From positions 76,280 to 140,279 of the forward strand of contig CAWITF010000004.1 of NCBI GenBank assembly GCA_963838985.1: a stretch of 64,000 nucleotides of DNA. The letters run 5' to 3'. The notes beneath the pieces were generated by a model. That model made no database searches. It worked only from the letters and a program-made list of their open reading frames with translations, and had not been told where the DNA came from. Position 1 is the first letter of the stretch, and each line of letters begins with the position of its first letter. The position numbers and the translations under genes were made by a program. The stretch comes from an uncultured Actinomycetes bacterium. Its GTDB lineage: Bacteria; Actinomycetota; Thermoleophilia; Gaiellales; Gaiellaceae. Positions 36,902-45,634 of this stretch are shown one piece after another.

Positions 36902-38347
36902 ATGAAAGCACGGCATTCTCGCCGAGGAGAATCGCAAGTGGTGGACGCTCATGGCCGTCGTCGTTCGGCCTGTTCATGATCATGCTCGACAACACGGTCG
37001 TGAACGTCGCGCTGCCGACGATGGAGAAGGACCTGCACATGTCGATCTCGCGTCGCTCGAGTGGGTCGTCGTCGCCTACGCGCTGACGTTCGCGTCGCTC
37101 ATGATCACCGGCGGCAAGCTCGCGCGACATGTTCGGCCGCGAGAAGATCTTCATCGGTCGGGCTCGCGATCTTCACGCTCGCCTCGCTCGCCTGCGGGCT
37201 CGCCCGACGATCGGCTTCCTGATCGCCGCGCGCGCGGTGCAGGGCGTCGGCGCGGCGCTGATGAACCCGGCGACGCTCTCGATCATCGTGGCGACGTTCC
37301 CGCCGAAGCAGCGCGGCCAGGCGATCGGGATCTGGGCCGGCGTCTCGGCGCTCGCGCTCGCGATCGGCCCGCTCATCGGCGGCCTGATCGCGCAGCAACA
37401 TCAACTGGAACTGGATCTTCTTCATCAACGTCCCGATCGGCGCGCTCGGCATCGTCGTCTCGCAGCTCGTGATCCGCGAGTCGCGCGACACCTCGCACGA
37501 GCAGAGCATCGACCTGCCGGGCCTGCTCACCTCCGGATCGGCTTCCTGCTTCGCGCTGAGCTACGCGCTGATCGAGGGGAACGCGCACGGCTGGGGCTCC
37601 GCCGAGATCCTCGGCCTCTTCGGGCGTCGCGTCGTCTTGCTCGGCGGCGCTTCGTCGTGCTCGAGGCTCCGGCAGCGCCTGCCGATGCTCGACCTCTCGC
37701 TCTTCCGGATCGGCGCGTTCGCCGGCGCGAACATCGTCGCGATGCTCGTCTCGCTCGCGATGTTCGGCGTCTTCTTCTTCGTCTCGCTCTACGTCCAGAA
37801 CATCCTCGGGTACTCGCCGACGAAGGCGGGCGCGATCTTCCTGCCGATGACGGTGCTGATCATCCTCATCGCGCCGCTCGCGGGGCGGTTCTCCGACCGC
37901 GTCGGCTCGCGCTGGCTGATGGGCGCCGGGATGACGCTGCTCGGCATCTCGCTCCTGCTCTACCAGCGGGTCGGCCTGCACTCGAACTTCTGGACGCTGC
38001 TGCCGGCGCTGCTCCTCGGCGGCGTCGGGATGGCGATGACGATGTCGCCGATGACCTCGGCCGCGATGGGCGCGGTGCCGGTCGACAAGGCCGGCGTCGG
38101 CTCGGGCGTCCTCAACAGCTTCCGCCAGGTCGGCGGCTCGCTCGGGATCGCGCGTGATGGGCGCGATCCTCGCGTCGTACGCGCATCCACGCGCCGAAGC
38201 ACGCTCGCCGCGCAGCAGGACTACGTCAACGGCCTGCACGCCGCGCTCGCCGTGAGCGCCGCGATCAGCTTCGGCGCGGCGATCGTCGGCGATCGTGCTC
38301 GTGCGGACGACGGCCGCAGGTCGAGCGGGCGCACGTGGCGGAGGTGA
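36902..38347 (+). pseudogene. MFS drug:H+ antiporter (DHA2/EmrB-QacA type), broken by at least 8 single-base frame changes as given
   Basis: Recognisable segments alternate between all three + frames: NRKWWTLMAVVV / LFMIMLDNTVVNVALPTM (own reading), LEWVVVAYALTFASLMITGGKLA (ORF 36951), MFGREKIFIG and PTIGFLIAARAVQGVGAALMNPATLSIIVATFPPKQRGQAIGIWAG (ORF 37129), and NVPIGALGIV...PMLDLSLFRIGAFAGANIV...GVLNSFRQVGGSLGIA (ORF 37469). Confidence 0.75.
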
Positions 38348-38377
38348 CCGCGTGAGCACGACCGCCGTCGACCGCGC

Positions 38378-38961
38378 ATGGCGGCCGCCGGCGGCGGCGC
38401 GCATCTGCTCGAGACGGCCGCGCGCGTCTTCTCCGACGGCAGCTACCGCGGCACGACGACGGCCGAGATCGCGCGGGCGGCCGGCATCTCCGAGCCGATC
38501 ATCTACCGCCACTTCGCGTCGAAGCGCGACCTCTATCTCGCGGCGCTCGAGCACGTCTGGGAGAAGGCGCGCGCGGGCTGGGAGCAGGCGGTCGGCCGAC
38601 CGACCGACGTCTGCGCCGCGGTCGAGACGATCGGCAAGGGACACGTCACCGTGCGCTCGGCGCAAGCTCCAGCTCGCCGAGCTCTGGGTGCAGGCGCTCG
38701 CGCGAGGCGTCGGAGGATCCGGAGCTGCGCAAGGCAGCTGCGCGGCACATGCGCGAGGTGCACGACTTCGTCGCCGGCCTGATCCGCGACGGCCAGGCGG
38801 AGGGCGTCGATCGTCGCCGAGCGCGACGCCGACGCCGAAGCGTGGATCATGCTCGCGGGCGGCGATCCTCGGCATGGTCGGCCGCCGGATCGGCCTGCTC
38901 GACGACACCGAAGCTCAACCGACGATCCGCCAAGCTCGCCTGGCACTGGCTGACTGCCTGA
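38378..38961 (+). pseudogene. TetR/AcrR-family transcriptional regulator, with several frame breaks
   Basis: ORF 38378..38782 (LLETAARVFSDGSYRGTTTAEIARAAGISEPIIYRHFASKRDLYLAAL) has the TetR HTH. The C-terminal half is spread over ORFs 38295..39152 and 38749..38961 (MREVHDFVAGLIRDGQAEGV...). Confidence 0.7.
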
Positions 38962-39154
38962 GGCGCGTCTGCGCGCCAGGCACCTCCGCGTGCCGGCCCC
39001 GCTTGTCGCCTCGTAAAGGCTCTTTGACGAGCCGCGATCGCGTCGGCGGCGGCCAGACCCCGCTGCTGGCCGCAGCGCACCGCCAGGTGCGCGTCGACCG
39101 ACACGCGCCGCCCTCCCGCGGCGAGCAAAGCGAAGCGGTCGCCCAGCGCTAAAT

Positions 39155-39189
39155 AAAGAGGCCCCGGCTGCGGCTCCGGGGGCCTCTTT
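39155..39189. terminator. Strong bidirectional-looking terminator, AAAGAGGCCCCGG ... CCGGGGGCCTCTTT
   Basis: GC-rich stem flanked by an A-run upstream and a T-run downstream, read directly from the sequence. Confidence 0.7.
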
Positions 39190-39498
39190 CAGAGGGCGCT
39201 ACCGTTCCGTGGCGGCTTCGGAAGCCGGGTCTGCGGCGTCCAGCCGCGCCTCCTGCCCTGCCGCCGGAAGTCTGGCGCGCCCCCTGCAAACCTTCGCCTG
39301 GCGTCCGGCCTGGGCTGCAAGGTGGCCTGACTATAGGCGCGATGTCCTGTAGCAGTCAAGTGGCTCGGTCAAGTGATTCTGCAGCGCGCTACTTCACTGA
39401 AATCCCATGGGTATCCCTGAAAACATGCCCCTTTAGGGGGAGGCTCGAAGAGCCACCTTGCGTTTGGTGAAGCATGCGGTTTCACTTCTAAGCCGCAG

Positions 39499-40861
39499 AT
39501 GACGACCCAAGACACCGCCTTCAACGCCAGCCGCACCGCCGCCCCGAGCGGGCTGCGTCTCGGCGAGCGGCTGCGCCAGCTCCGTGTCGGCCGCCGGGCT
39601 CACGCAGAGCGACCTCGCGGGCGAGCGCTTCTCGAAGGAGTACGTCTCCCAGATCGAGCGCGGCAAGACGCGGCCGACGCGCGAGACGATCGAGTGGCTC
39701 GCGGCGCGGCTCGGCGTCGACGCCGGCTTCCTCGCGAACGGCGTCGCGACCGACGAGCGCGGCCGCCTCGAGGGCGCGCTCGCGCGGGCCGAGGCGCTGA
39801 TCGAGGCCGCGCGACGACGCCGACGCGGCGAACGAGTTCGAGCCGCTCGTCCCGCGGCGCGCGCGACGGGCGTGCCCGAGCTCGAGGTGCGCGCGCTCGT
39901 CGGCGCCGGCCGCACGAAGATGCGCCTCGGCGAGCTCCGCGCAGGCGCTCGAGCTCCTGAACGAGGCGCGGGCGCTCGTCGAGGCGGGATCCTTCTCCGA
40001 TCGTCGAGCGCGCCGAGGTCTTCTCCGCGCTCGGCGGCTGCCGCTACCAGCTGAACAGCGCGCAGTCCGCGATCGCCCTGCTTCGAACGAGGCGCTCGCG
40101 CTCGCCGAGCGCTCCGGCCTGCCGTGCGACGCGCTCAAGGCCGAACATCTTCTCGTGGCGCTCGCGCTGCTGGCGCCGCCAGCGCGACTACGAGGCCGCG
40201 CGCGACGACATCGAGCGCGCGCTCGAGCTCGCGCGAGGACGCGAACGACCCCCGCACGATCGGCGCCGCGTACTTCCAGGCGTCGCTCGTCGCCGACCGC
40301 GAAGGGCACTGGGTGCTCGCGCGCAGCGTACGCCGAGAGCGCGCGCGACGGCGTACGAGGAGCTCGCCGACCGCGTGCACGTCGGCGAGCTGACGAACAA
40401 CCTCGGCGGCCTCAACTTCCTGCTCGGCAAGACGGACGAGGCGATCGCGCCTGCTCAAGGAGGCGTTCGCGCATCGCGCTCGAGACGGGCCGCGACGCCG
40501 ACGCCGCGCAGGCGGTCTCGTCGCTCGCCCAGATCCACCTCCGCACCGGCGACTCGATGCAGGCCGAGGAGCAGGCGCGGCACGCGCTCCGGCTGCTCGA
40601 CGGCCGCGTCAGACTACGTCGACGAGATCGGGAACGCACAGCTCGTGCTCGGCCGCGCGTTGCTCGAGCAGGATCGCCTCGACGAGGCCGAGGCGGCGTT
40701 CGCCGACGCCGAGGTGAGCTTCGGCCAGCTCGGCTCCGGCCAGCCACCGCGCCGCAGCCTGGGTCGCCCGAGGCGATCTCGCCGCGCGGCGCGGCGACGA
40801 CAGGCTTGCAGCACACCTCTACCGCACTGCGGCTGAGGCGCTCCAGGACGTCAGGTTCTAG
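39499..40861 (+). pseudogene. XRE-family HTH plus TPR-repeat regulator (paralog of 59112..60431), broken by many frame changes (at least 8) as given
   Basis: The HTH is split over ORF 39499 (LGERLRQLRV) and ORF 39584 (AAGLTQSDLAGERFSKEYVSQIERGKTRPTRETIEWLAARLGVDAGFL). TPR-like segments appear in ORFs 40124, 40155 and 40375 (ALETGRDADAAQAVSSLAQIHLRTGDSMQAEEQARHALRLLDG; DYVDEIGNAQLVLGRALLEQDRLDEAEAAFADAEVSFGQLG). By my own reading it ends ALQDVRF at TAG 40859..40861. Confidence 0.7.
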
Positions 40862-40882
40862 CGGTCGGAAAGGAGGCTCGAC

Positions 40883-41002
40883 GTGACCAAGGCACGGCTC
40901 TACTCCCTGATCATCTCCGCGCTGCCTCTCGCGCTCTGTTTCGCGAAGTTCGCCCCGGCGCTGCTCCATCCGGGCGGCATGAACGACGGCGGCTACTGGT
41001 AG
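40883..41002 (+). CDS. 39-codon hydrophobic peptide ORF immediately downstream of the XRE-TPR regulator
   Basis: Own translation: VTKARLYSLIISALPLALCFAKFAPALLHPGGMNDGGYW. GTG at 40883, preceded by GGAAAGGAGG at the right distance, and 21 nt after the regulator stop. Below the ORF-track size cutoff. Confidence 0.5.
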   Translation: MTKARLYSLIISALPLALCFAKFAPALLHPGGMNDGGYW

Positions 41003-41145
41003 ACGGCGGATCGGTCTGAGGTGGTCGATTCGCCGCTGCGCGGCCCGGGTGCGGGCACGCGTGGCGGCGGTCGGACCGTCTGGTCGATCGATGCGGATGC
41101 GGCCGCGGCGTTTCCTCCGCGGCCAACGGGGTCATCCTGATCGAT

Positions 41146-42746
41146 GTGGGCGCACGGATAGAGCGTGCTCGGCGCGCGCTGTACGTCACCCGTGTCGCGC
41201 GGCGGAGCGGAATTCGGCGCGTCCTCGCGGAGATCGGCGTTCGCGGGCACCGCGACGCCACTCGCGAGGGCGCGCGCAACTTCCGTGAGGCGCTCGAAGA
41301 GCTCGGGACGACGTACATCAAGCTCGGGCAGCTGCTCTCGTCGCGGCCCGACCTGCTCCCGGATCAGTACATCGAGGAGCTCTCGCAGCTCGTCGACCAC
41401 GCGCCGCCCGTCCCGTTCGTCGACATCCAGGCGGTCGATCCTCGCCGATCTCGGGGACGACGTCTTCACGAGCATCGACCCGGAGCCGCTGGCCGCGGCG
41501 TCCGATTGCGCAGACGCACCGCGCGCTCCTGAAGAGCGGACGCGAGGTCGTCGTCAAGGTGCGGCGGCCCGGCGTCGTCGAGCAGGTCGAGCTCGACCTT
41601 TCCGTGCTCCGCTCGTCGGCGTCCTTCTTTGCGGGCAAGTCGGAGACTGCGCAGCTGCTCCAGATCGAGGCGCTCGCCGACGAGCTCGAGGTTCATCTGC
41701 GTCAGGAGCTCGACTTCGTCGAGGAGGCGTCGAACACCGAGCTGATCGCGAAGCTCGTCGCGGAGTACGAGCGCGTGCTCGTGCCGGAGGTGATCCGCCC
41801 GTACGTGACCGAGCGCGTGCTCGTGCTCGAGTACATCGAAGGCGAGAAGGTCGCCGAGGGCCATCCACTCGCTCCGGACATTGCGCGGGAGCTCGCGCGG
41901 GAGTTCTTCTCGGCCTACGTGCACCAGGTCGTCGTCGAGGGCGTCTACCACGCCGACCCGCACGCGGGGAACATCCTGTTGACGCCGGATGGACGGCTTG
42001 CGCTACTCGACTTCGGGCTGCTCGGCCGCCTCGACGACGACACGCGCCGCGGCCTCTCGCTGCTACTGCTCGCGATCGCGCAGAACCGCGCCGACGATGT
42101 CGCCGATCTCATCCTCTCGCTCTCGCTCACGGGTGTGAAGTCGGATCAGCCGGCGTTCGTGCACGACGTGCGCCGCAAGCTGCCGCGCTTCCACTGGCGC
42201 CCGCTCTCCGGCATCCGCGCGGGCGAGTCGCTCGCCGACCTGCAGCGGATCGCGCTCGAGCATCAGATCGCGCTGCCGACGAGCTTCGCCCTGGTCGGCA
42301 AGACGCTCGCGCAGGCGGATGCGATTGCCCGCGTCCTCGACCCGGAGCTCGACCCGATCGCGCTGATGGAGGAGGAGGCACTCGAGGTGATGGCGATCGA
42401 GGCTGAGCGCCGGCTCGAGCCGAACCGGCTCTTCGCGTATCTCTACACGCAGCTCGACCCGCTGACGCGCATGCCGCGACGAGTCGCGCACGTCCTGAAC
42501 GAGCTCGAGCAGGGCTCGCTGAAGTTCGGCATCGTCCCGACCGGCCTCGAAGAGCTCGAGGCAAACCTCCGCTCGATCGCGAACCGCGTCGGCGCTGCGA
42601 TCATCGTCGGCGCGCTGCTGCTCTCCTCGTCGATCATCGTCCGCGTCCACCGCTTCGAGTGGGTCGGGATCGCCGGCTTCGCACTCGCCGGTGTGCTCGG
42701 CCTCTACATGGTCTGGAAGATCATCCGCACGCCCGGCGAGCTCTGA
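41146..42746 (+). pseudogene. ABC1/UbiB-family atypical kinase with C-terminal TM helices; frame breaks near 41437 and 41505
   Basis: Three pieces join: ORF 41146..41532 (ALEELGTTYIKLGQLLSSRPDLLPDQYIEELSQLVDHAPPVPF), ORF 41165 (ILADLGDDVFTSIDPEPLAAAS) and ORF 41559..42746 (VVKVRRPGV via own reading; EVHLRQELDFVEEASN; YHADPHAGNILL...LALLDFG). Confidence 0.8.
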
Positions 42747-42785
42747 TATGGTCGCTTCAATAGCAAAAGTAATGGGAGGGCCGAC

Positions 42786-43631
42786 GTGGGCGCCAACGGA
42801 TACGCGAAGCAGGTTCTGGTCTCGAGCGACTGGGTCGCGGAGCACCTGAACGACGAGAACGTCGTCGTCGCGGAAGTCGACGAGAACCCCGACGTCTACG
42901 AAGAGGGGCACATCCCCGGCGCGGTGAAGCTGCACTGGAAGGAGGACCTCCAGGATCCCGTCGAGCGCGACCTCGTCGAGAAGGAGCGCTTCGAGCAGCT
43001 CCTCGCCGAGCGCGGCATCTCGAACGACACGACGGTCGTGCTCTACGGCGACAAGAACAACTGGTTCGCCGCCTACGCCTACTGGTATCTGAAGATCTAC
43101 GGCCACGAGGACGTGCGCATCCTCGACGGCGGCCGCCAGAAGTGGATCGACGAGAGCCGCGAGCTCACGACCGAGCCGCCGCAGCCCTCGCCGAAGCAGT
43201 ACTCAGCCAAGGAGCGCGACGAGTCGATTCGCGCGCGCCGCGACCAGGTGCTCGAGTGGATCGGCTCCGGCGAGCGCGCGCTCGTCGACGTGCGCAGCCC
43301 GCAGGAGTACTCCGGCGAGCTGATGGCGCCGCCCGGCTACGAGCAGGAAGGCGCGTCACGCACCGGCCACATCCCGACCGCGCAGTCGATTCCGTGGGCG
43401 CAGGCCGTCGGCGACGACGGCACGTTCAAGTCGGCGGACGTCCTCCGCGAGCTCTACGGCGTCAAGGGCGTGACCGACGACAAGAAGGTGACGGCGTACT
43501 GCCGCATCGGCGAGCGCAGCGCACACACATGGTTCGTGCTGCACGAGCTGCTCGGATTCGGCGACGTGCGCAACTACGACGGCAGCTGGACCGAGTGGGG
43601 CAACCTCGTCGACGTGCCGATCGAACGCTAG
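42786..43631 (+). CDS. Thiosulfate/3-mercaptopyruvate sulfurtransferase (tandem rhodanese domains)
   Basis: ORF 42786..43631: EGHIPGAVKLHW, and the active-site loop YCRIGERSAHTWF. Confidence 0.85.
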   Translation: MGANGYAKQVLVSSDWVAEHLNDENVVVAEVDENPDVYEEGHIPGAVKLHWKEDLQDPVERDLVEKERFEQLLAERGISNDTTVVLYGDKNNWFAAYAYWYLKIYGHEDVRILDGGRQKWIDESRELTTEPPQPSPKQYSAKERDESIRARRDQVLEWIGSGERALVDVRSPQEYSGELMAPPGYEQEGASRTGHIPTAQSIPWAQAVGDDGTFKSADVLRELYGVKGVTDDKKVTAYCRIGERSAHTWFVLHELLGFGDVRNYDGSWTEWGNLVDVPIER

Positions 43632-44335
43632 GCGCCGGACAGCGGCACGTCGCCGTTGCGCGAGCCGGCGCGCTCGATCACGACCTGCGGGACGCGTGCG
43701 CGCGGCGACAGCCGCAGGAGCATACGCACGACCTCGGCGCAATCCTCCGGGCGGATCATCTCGTCGTGCCCCAGGCCGCTCCACTCGGCCATCGGCGTGT
43801 CGACGAAGCCGGGGCAGATCGCGACCGCGCGCACGCCGTCCCCGTCGAGCTCCTCGTTCAGCGAGCGCGTGAGCGAGATCACTGCGGCCTTCGTCGCGCC
43901 GTAGGTGGCGAGGCCGGGCGTCGGGAGCGTGCCCGCGATCGACGCGAGATTGACGATCCAGCCCTGCGACTCGCGCAGCAGCGGGATCGCCGCGCGCGTG
44001 ACGAGGAAGAGCCCGCGCAGGTTGACCGACAGCTGCAGGTCGAAGTGCTTCGGCTGCAGGTCCTCGACCGTCCCGCCGATGCCGATGCCGGCGGAGTTCA
44101 CGAGCATGTCGAGCCTTCCGTGACGCTCGCGATGCTCGGCGACGAGCCGCTCGCAGGCATCCGCATCGCCCACGTCGGCGGCGATCGCGACAGCACCGAG
44201 CTCCTCGGCGGCGGCCTCGACCTTCTCGGCCCGGCGCGACGCGAGCGTGAGTGCGAAGCCCTCGTCGCGGAGCATGCGCGCGATCGCAAGCCCGATGCCG
44301 GAGGAGCCACCTGTGACGAGCGCAGCGCGATCCAT
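43628..44335 (-). CDS. Short-chain dehydrogenase/reductase (SDR) family oxidoreductase
   Basis: ORF 43628..44335: VTGGSSGIGLAIA, NSAG, YGATKAAV. Confidence 0.85.
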   Translation of the reverse strand: MDRAALVTGGSSGIGLAIARMLRDEGFALTLASRRAEKVEAAAEELGAVAIAADVGDADACERLVAEHRERHGRLDMLVNSAGIGIGGTVEDLQPKHFDLQLSVNLRGLFLVTRAAIPLLRESQGWIVNLASIAGTLPTPGLATYGATKAAVISLTRSLNEELDGDGVRAVAICPGFVDTPMAEWSGLGHDEMIRPEDCAEVVRMLLRLSPRARVPQVVIERAGSRNGDVPLSGA

Positions 44336-44422
44336 ATGCGTTACATATCAGGAGGCAACGCGGGACGAGGCGCGAACTCTTCCCGCGAGGGGTGCCCGCT
44401 GGCGCTCTTCACTCTCCCCAAA

Positions 44423-44450
44423 GAAGACGGCGGCCCTGGCCGCCGTCTTC
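44423..44450 (+). promoter_or_regulatory. 13-bp perfect inverted repeat (GAAGACGGCGGCC CT GGCCGCCGTCTTC) ending 13 nt before the selD start codon
   Basis: Read directly from the sequence. A second hairpin (CGCGGGA...TCCCGCG) lies at about 44361-44388. Confidence 0.5.
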
Positions 44451-44463
44451 GTACGATGGCCCC

Positions 44464-45474
44464 ATGACCGCGCTCACGAGCCTCACGGTCGGCGGCGGGT
44501 GCGCCGCGAAGTACTCCGCCGCACGACTCGAGGAGCTGCTCAAGGGCTTCGTCCCGCTCGAGGCCGAGAACCTGCTCGTCGGCCTCGCACCGGCGGACGA
44601 CGCCGCCGTCTACAAGCTCGACGACGACAAGGCGATCGTCTTCACCGTCGACTTCTTTCCACCGCTCGTCGACGATCCCGCGCTCTTCGGCCGGATCGCG
44701 GCGACGAACGCGTTGAACGACGTCTTCGCGATGGGCGGCTCGCCGCTCCTCGCGCTCTCGATCGCCGCCTTCCCCGAGTCGCTGCCCATCGGCGTCCTCG
44801 GCGCGGTGTTCTCCGCCGCCGCGGAGCAGGTGTCCGCAGCCGGTGCGCTGCTCGCCGGCGGCCACACGATCCGCGACGACGAGCCGAAGTACGGACTCGC
44901 GGTCGTCGGCACGGTGCATCCGACCGGGATCTGGACGAAGAGCGCCGCCCAGCCCGGCGACGCGCTCTTCCTGACGAAGCCGCTCGGCACCGGGCTCGTG
45001 CTCGCGGGTCACGGCAAGGAGCTCGTGAGCCGGGACGCTTTCGACGCGGCGACGCGCTGGATGACGACGTTGAACGCCGACGCCGCGACGGCACTGCGCC
45101 CGTTCTCGCCGAACGCCGTGACCGACGTCACCGGCTTCGGCCTCTTCGGGCACGCGCACGAGATGGCCGACCGGAGTGGCGTGCGCATCGTCCTCCACTC
45201 GCTGCCGGCGCTCGACGGCGCGCTCGACGTCGCGCGCGCGGGTGTGCGTACCGGCGGTGACCCGCGCAACCGCGAGTTCGCTCCTGTCGAGGCGGACGGT
45301 GTGAGCGACGAGCTGCTCGCACTCGGCTACGACGCGCAGACCGCAGGCGGCCTGCTCGTCTCGCTCCCGGCCGAGAAGGCGTTGTCGCTCGCGTCGGAGT
45401 TCGCAGCGCGCGGCCTCTATCTGCACCGCGTCGGCTCGGTCGAGTCCGGCGCCGGCGTCGCCGTAGCCGCTTAG
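44464..45474 (+). CDS. selD: Selenide, water dikinase (selenophosphate synthetase), Cys form
   Basis: ORF 44392..45474 from the internal MTALTSLTVGGGCAAKYS (the GxGCxxK active-site loop). Also DDAAVYKL, TVDFFPP, NALNDVFAMGG, VTDVTGFGL. Confidence 0.85.
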   Translation: MTALTSLTVGGGCAAKYSAARLEELLKGFVPLEAENLLVGLAPADDAAVYKLDDDKAIVFTVDFFPPLVDDPALFGRIAATNALNDVFAMGGSPLLALSIAAFPESLPIGVLGAVFSAAAEQVSAAGALLAGGHTIRDDEPKYGLAVVGTVHPTGIWTKSAAQPGDALFLTKPLGTGLVLAGHGKELVSRDAFDAATRWMTTLNADAATALRPFSPNAVTDVTGFGLFGHAHEMADRSGVRIVLHSLPALDGALDVARAGVRTGGDPRNREFAPVEADGVSDELLALGYDAQTAGGLLVSLPAEKALSLASEFAARGLYLHRVGSVESGAGVAVAA

Positions 45475-45634
45475 CGTCCCATCCAGCCACGTCCGGGGCC
45501 AGGCCCTGATACGTGACTGTCACGACTTCGCAACCGAATCCTTGATTCGCCTGCAAACGGCGGCGCGAAGTCGACGCGGAGCCGTTCGCTGTGCCTGGCA
45601 CCGGACGTGTCCGGATGAGCCGTTCTCGCCTGCG

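Noticed and set aside
38962-39150. A possible gene or gene remnant between the TetR gene and the terminator (minus-strand reading LALGDRFALLAAGGRRVSVDAHLAVRCGQQRGL...)
   Set aside because: There is no start, no recognisable family and it is too short. It could be a decayed fragment, but that cannot be supported.
39342-39470. A 42-codon ORF (MSCSSQVARSSDSAARYFTEIPWVSLKTCPFRGRLEEPPCVW) just upstream of XRE-TPR regulator 1
   Set aside because: Its third-position G/C content is far below that of every confident gene here, there is no SD, and the region is better explained by hairpins and repeats. It is kept only as part of the structured-leader finding.
44392-44463. The upstream GTG at 44392 as the selD start, which would add 24 residues
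   Set aside because: The extension (VPAGALHSPQRRRRPWPPSSYDGP) is encoded by the perfect 13-bp inverted repeat and is not protein-like. The internal MTALTSLTVGGGCAAK matches the usual distance from the N-terminus to the active-site loop.
45475-45634. Possible tRNA-Sec (selC) directly downstream of selD
   Set aside because: There is no GTTCRANYC-type T-loop, no UCA anticodon in a 7-nt loop and no 8-bp acceptor pairing on either strand. No tRNA-like T-loop was seen anywhere in the window outside coding sequence.
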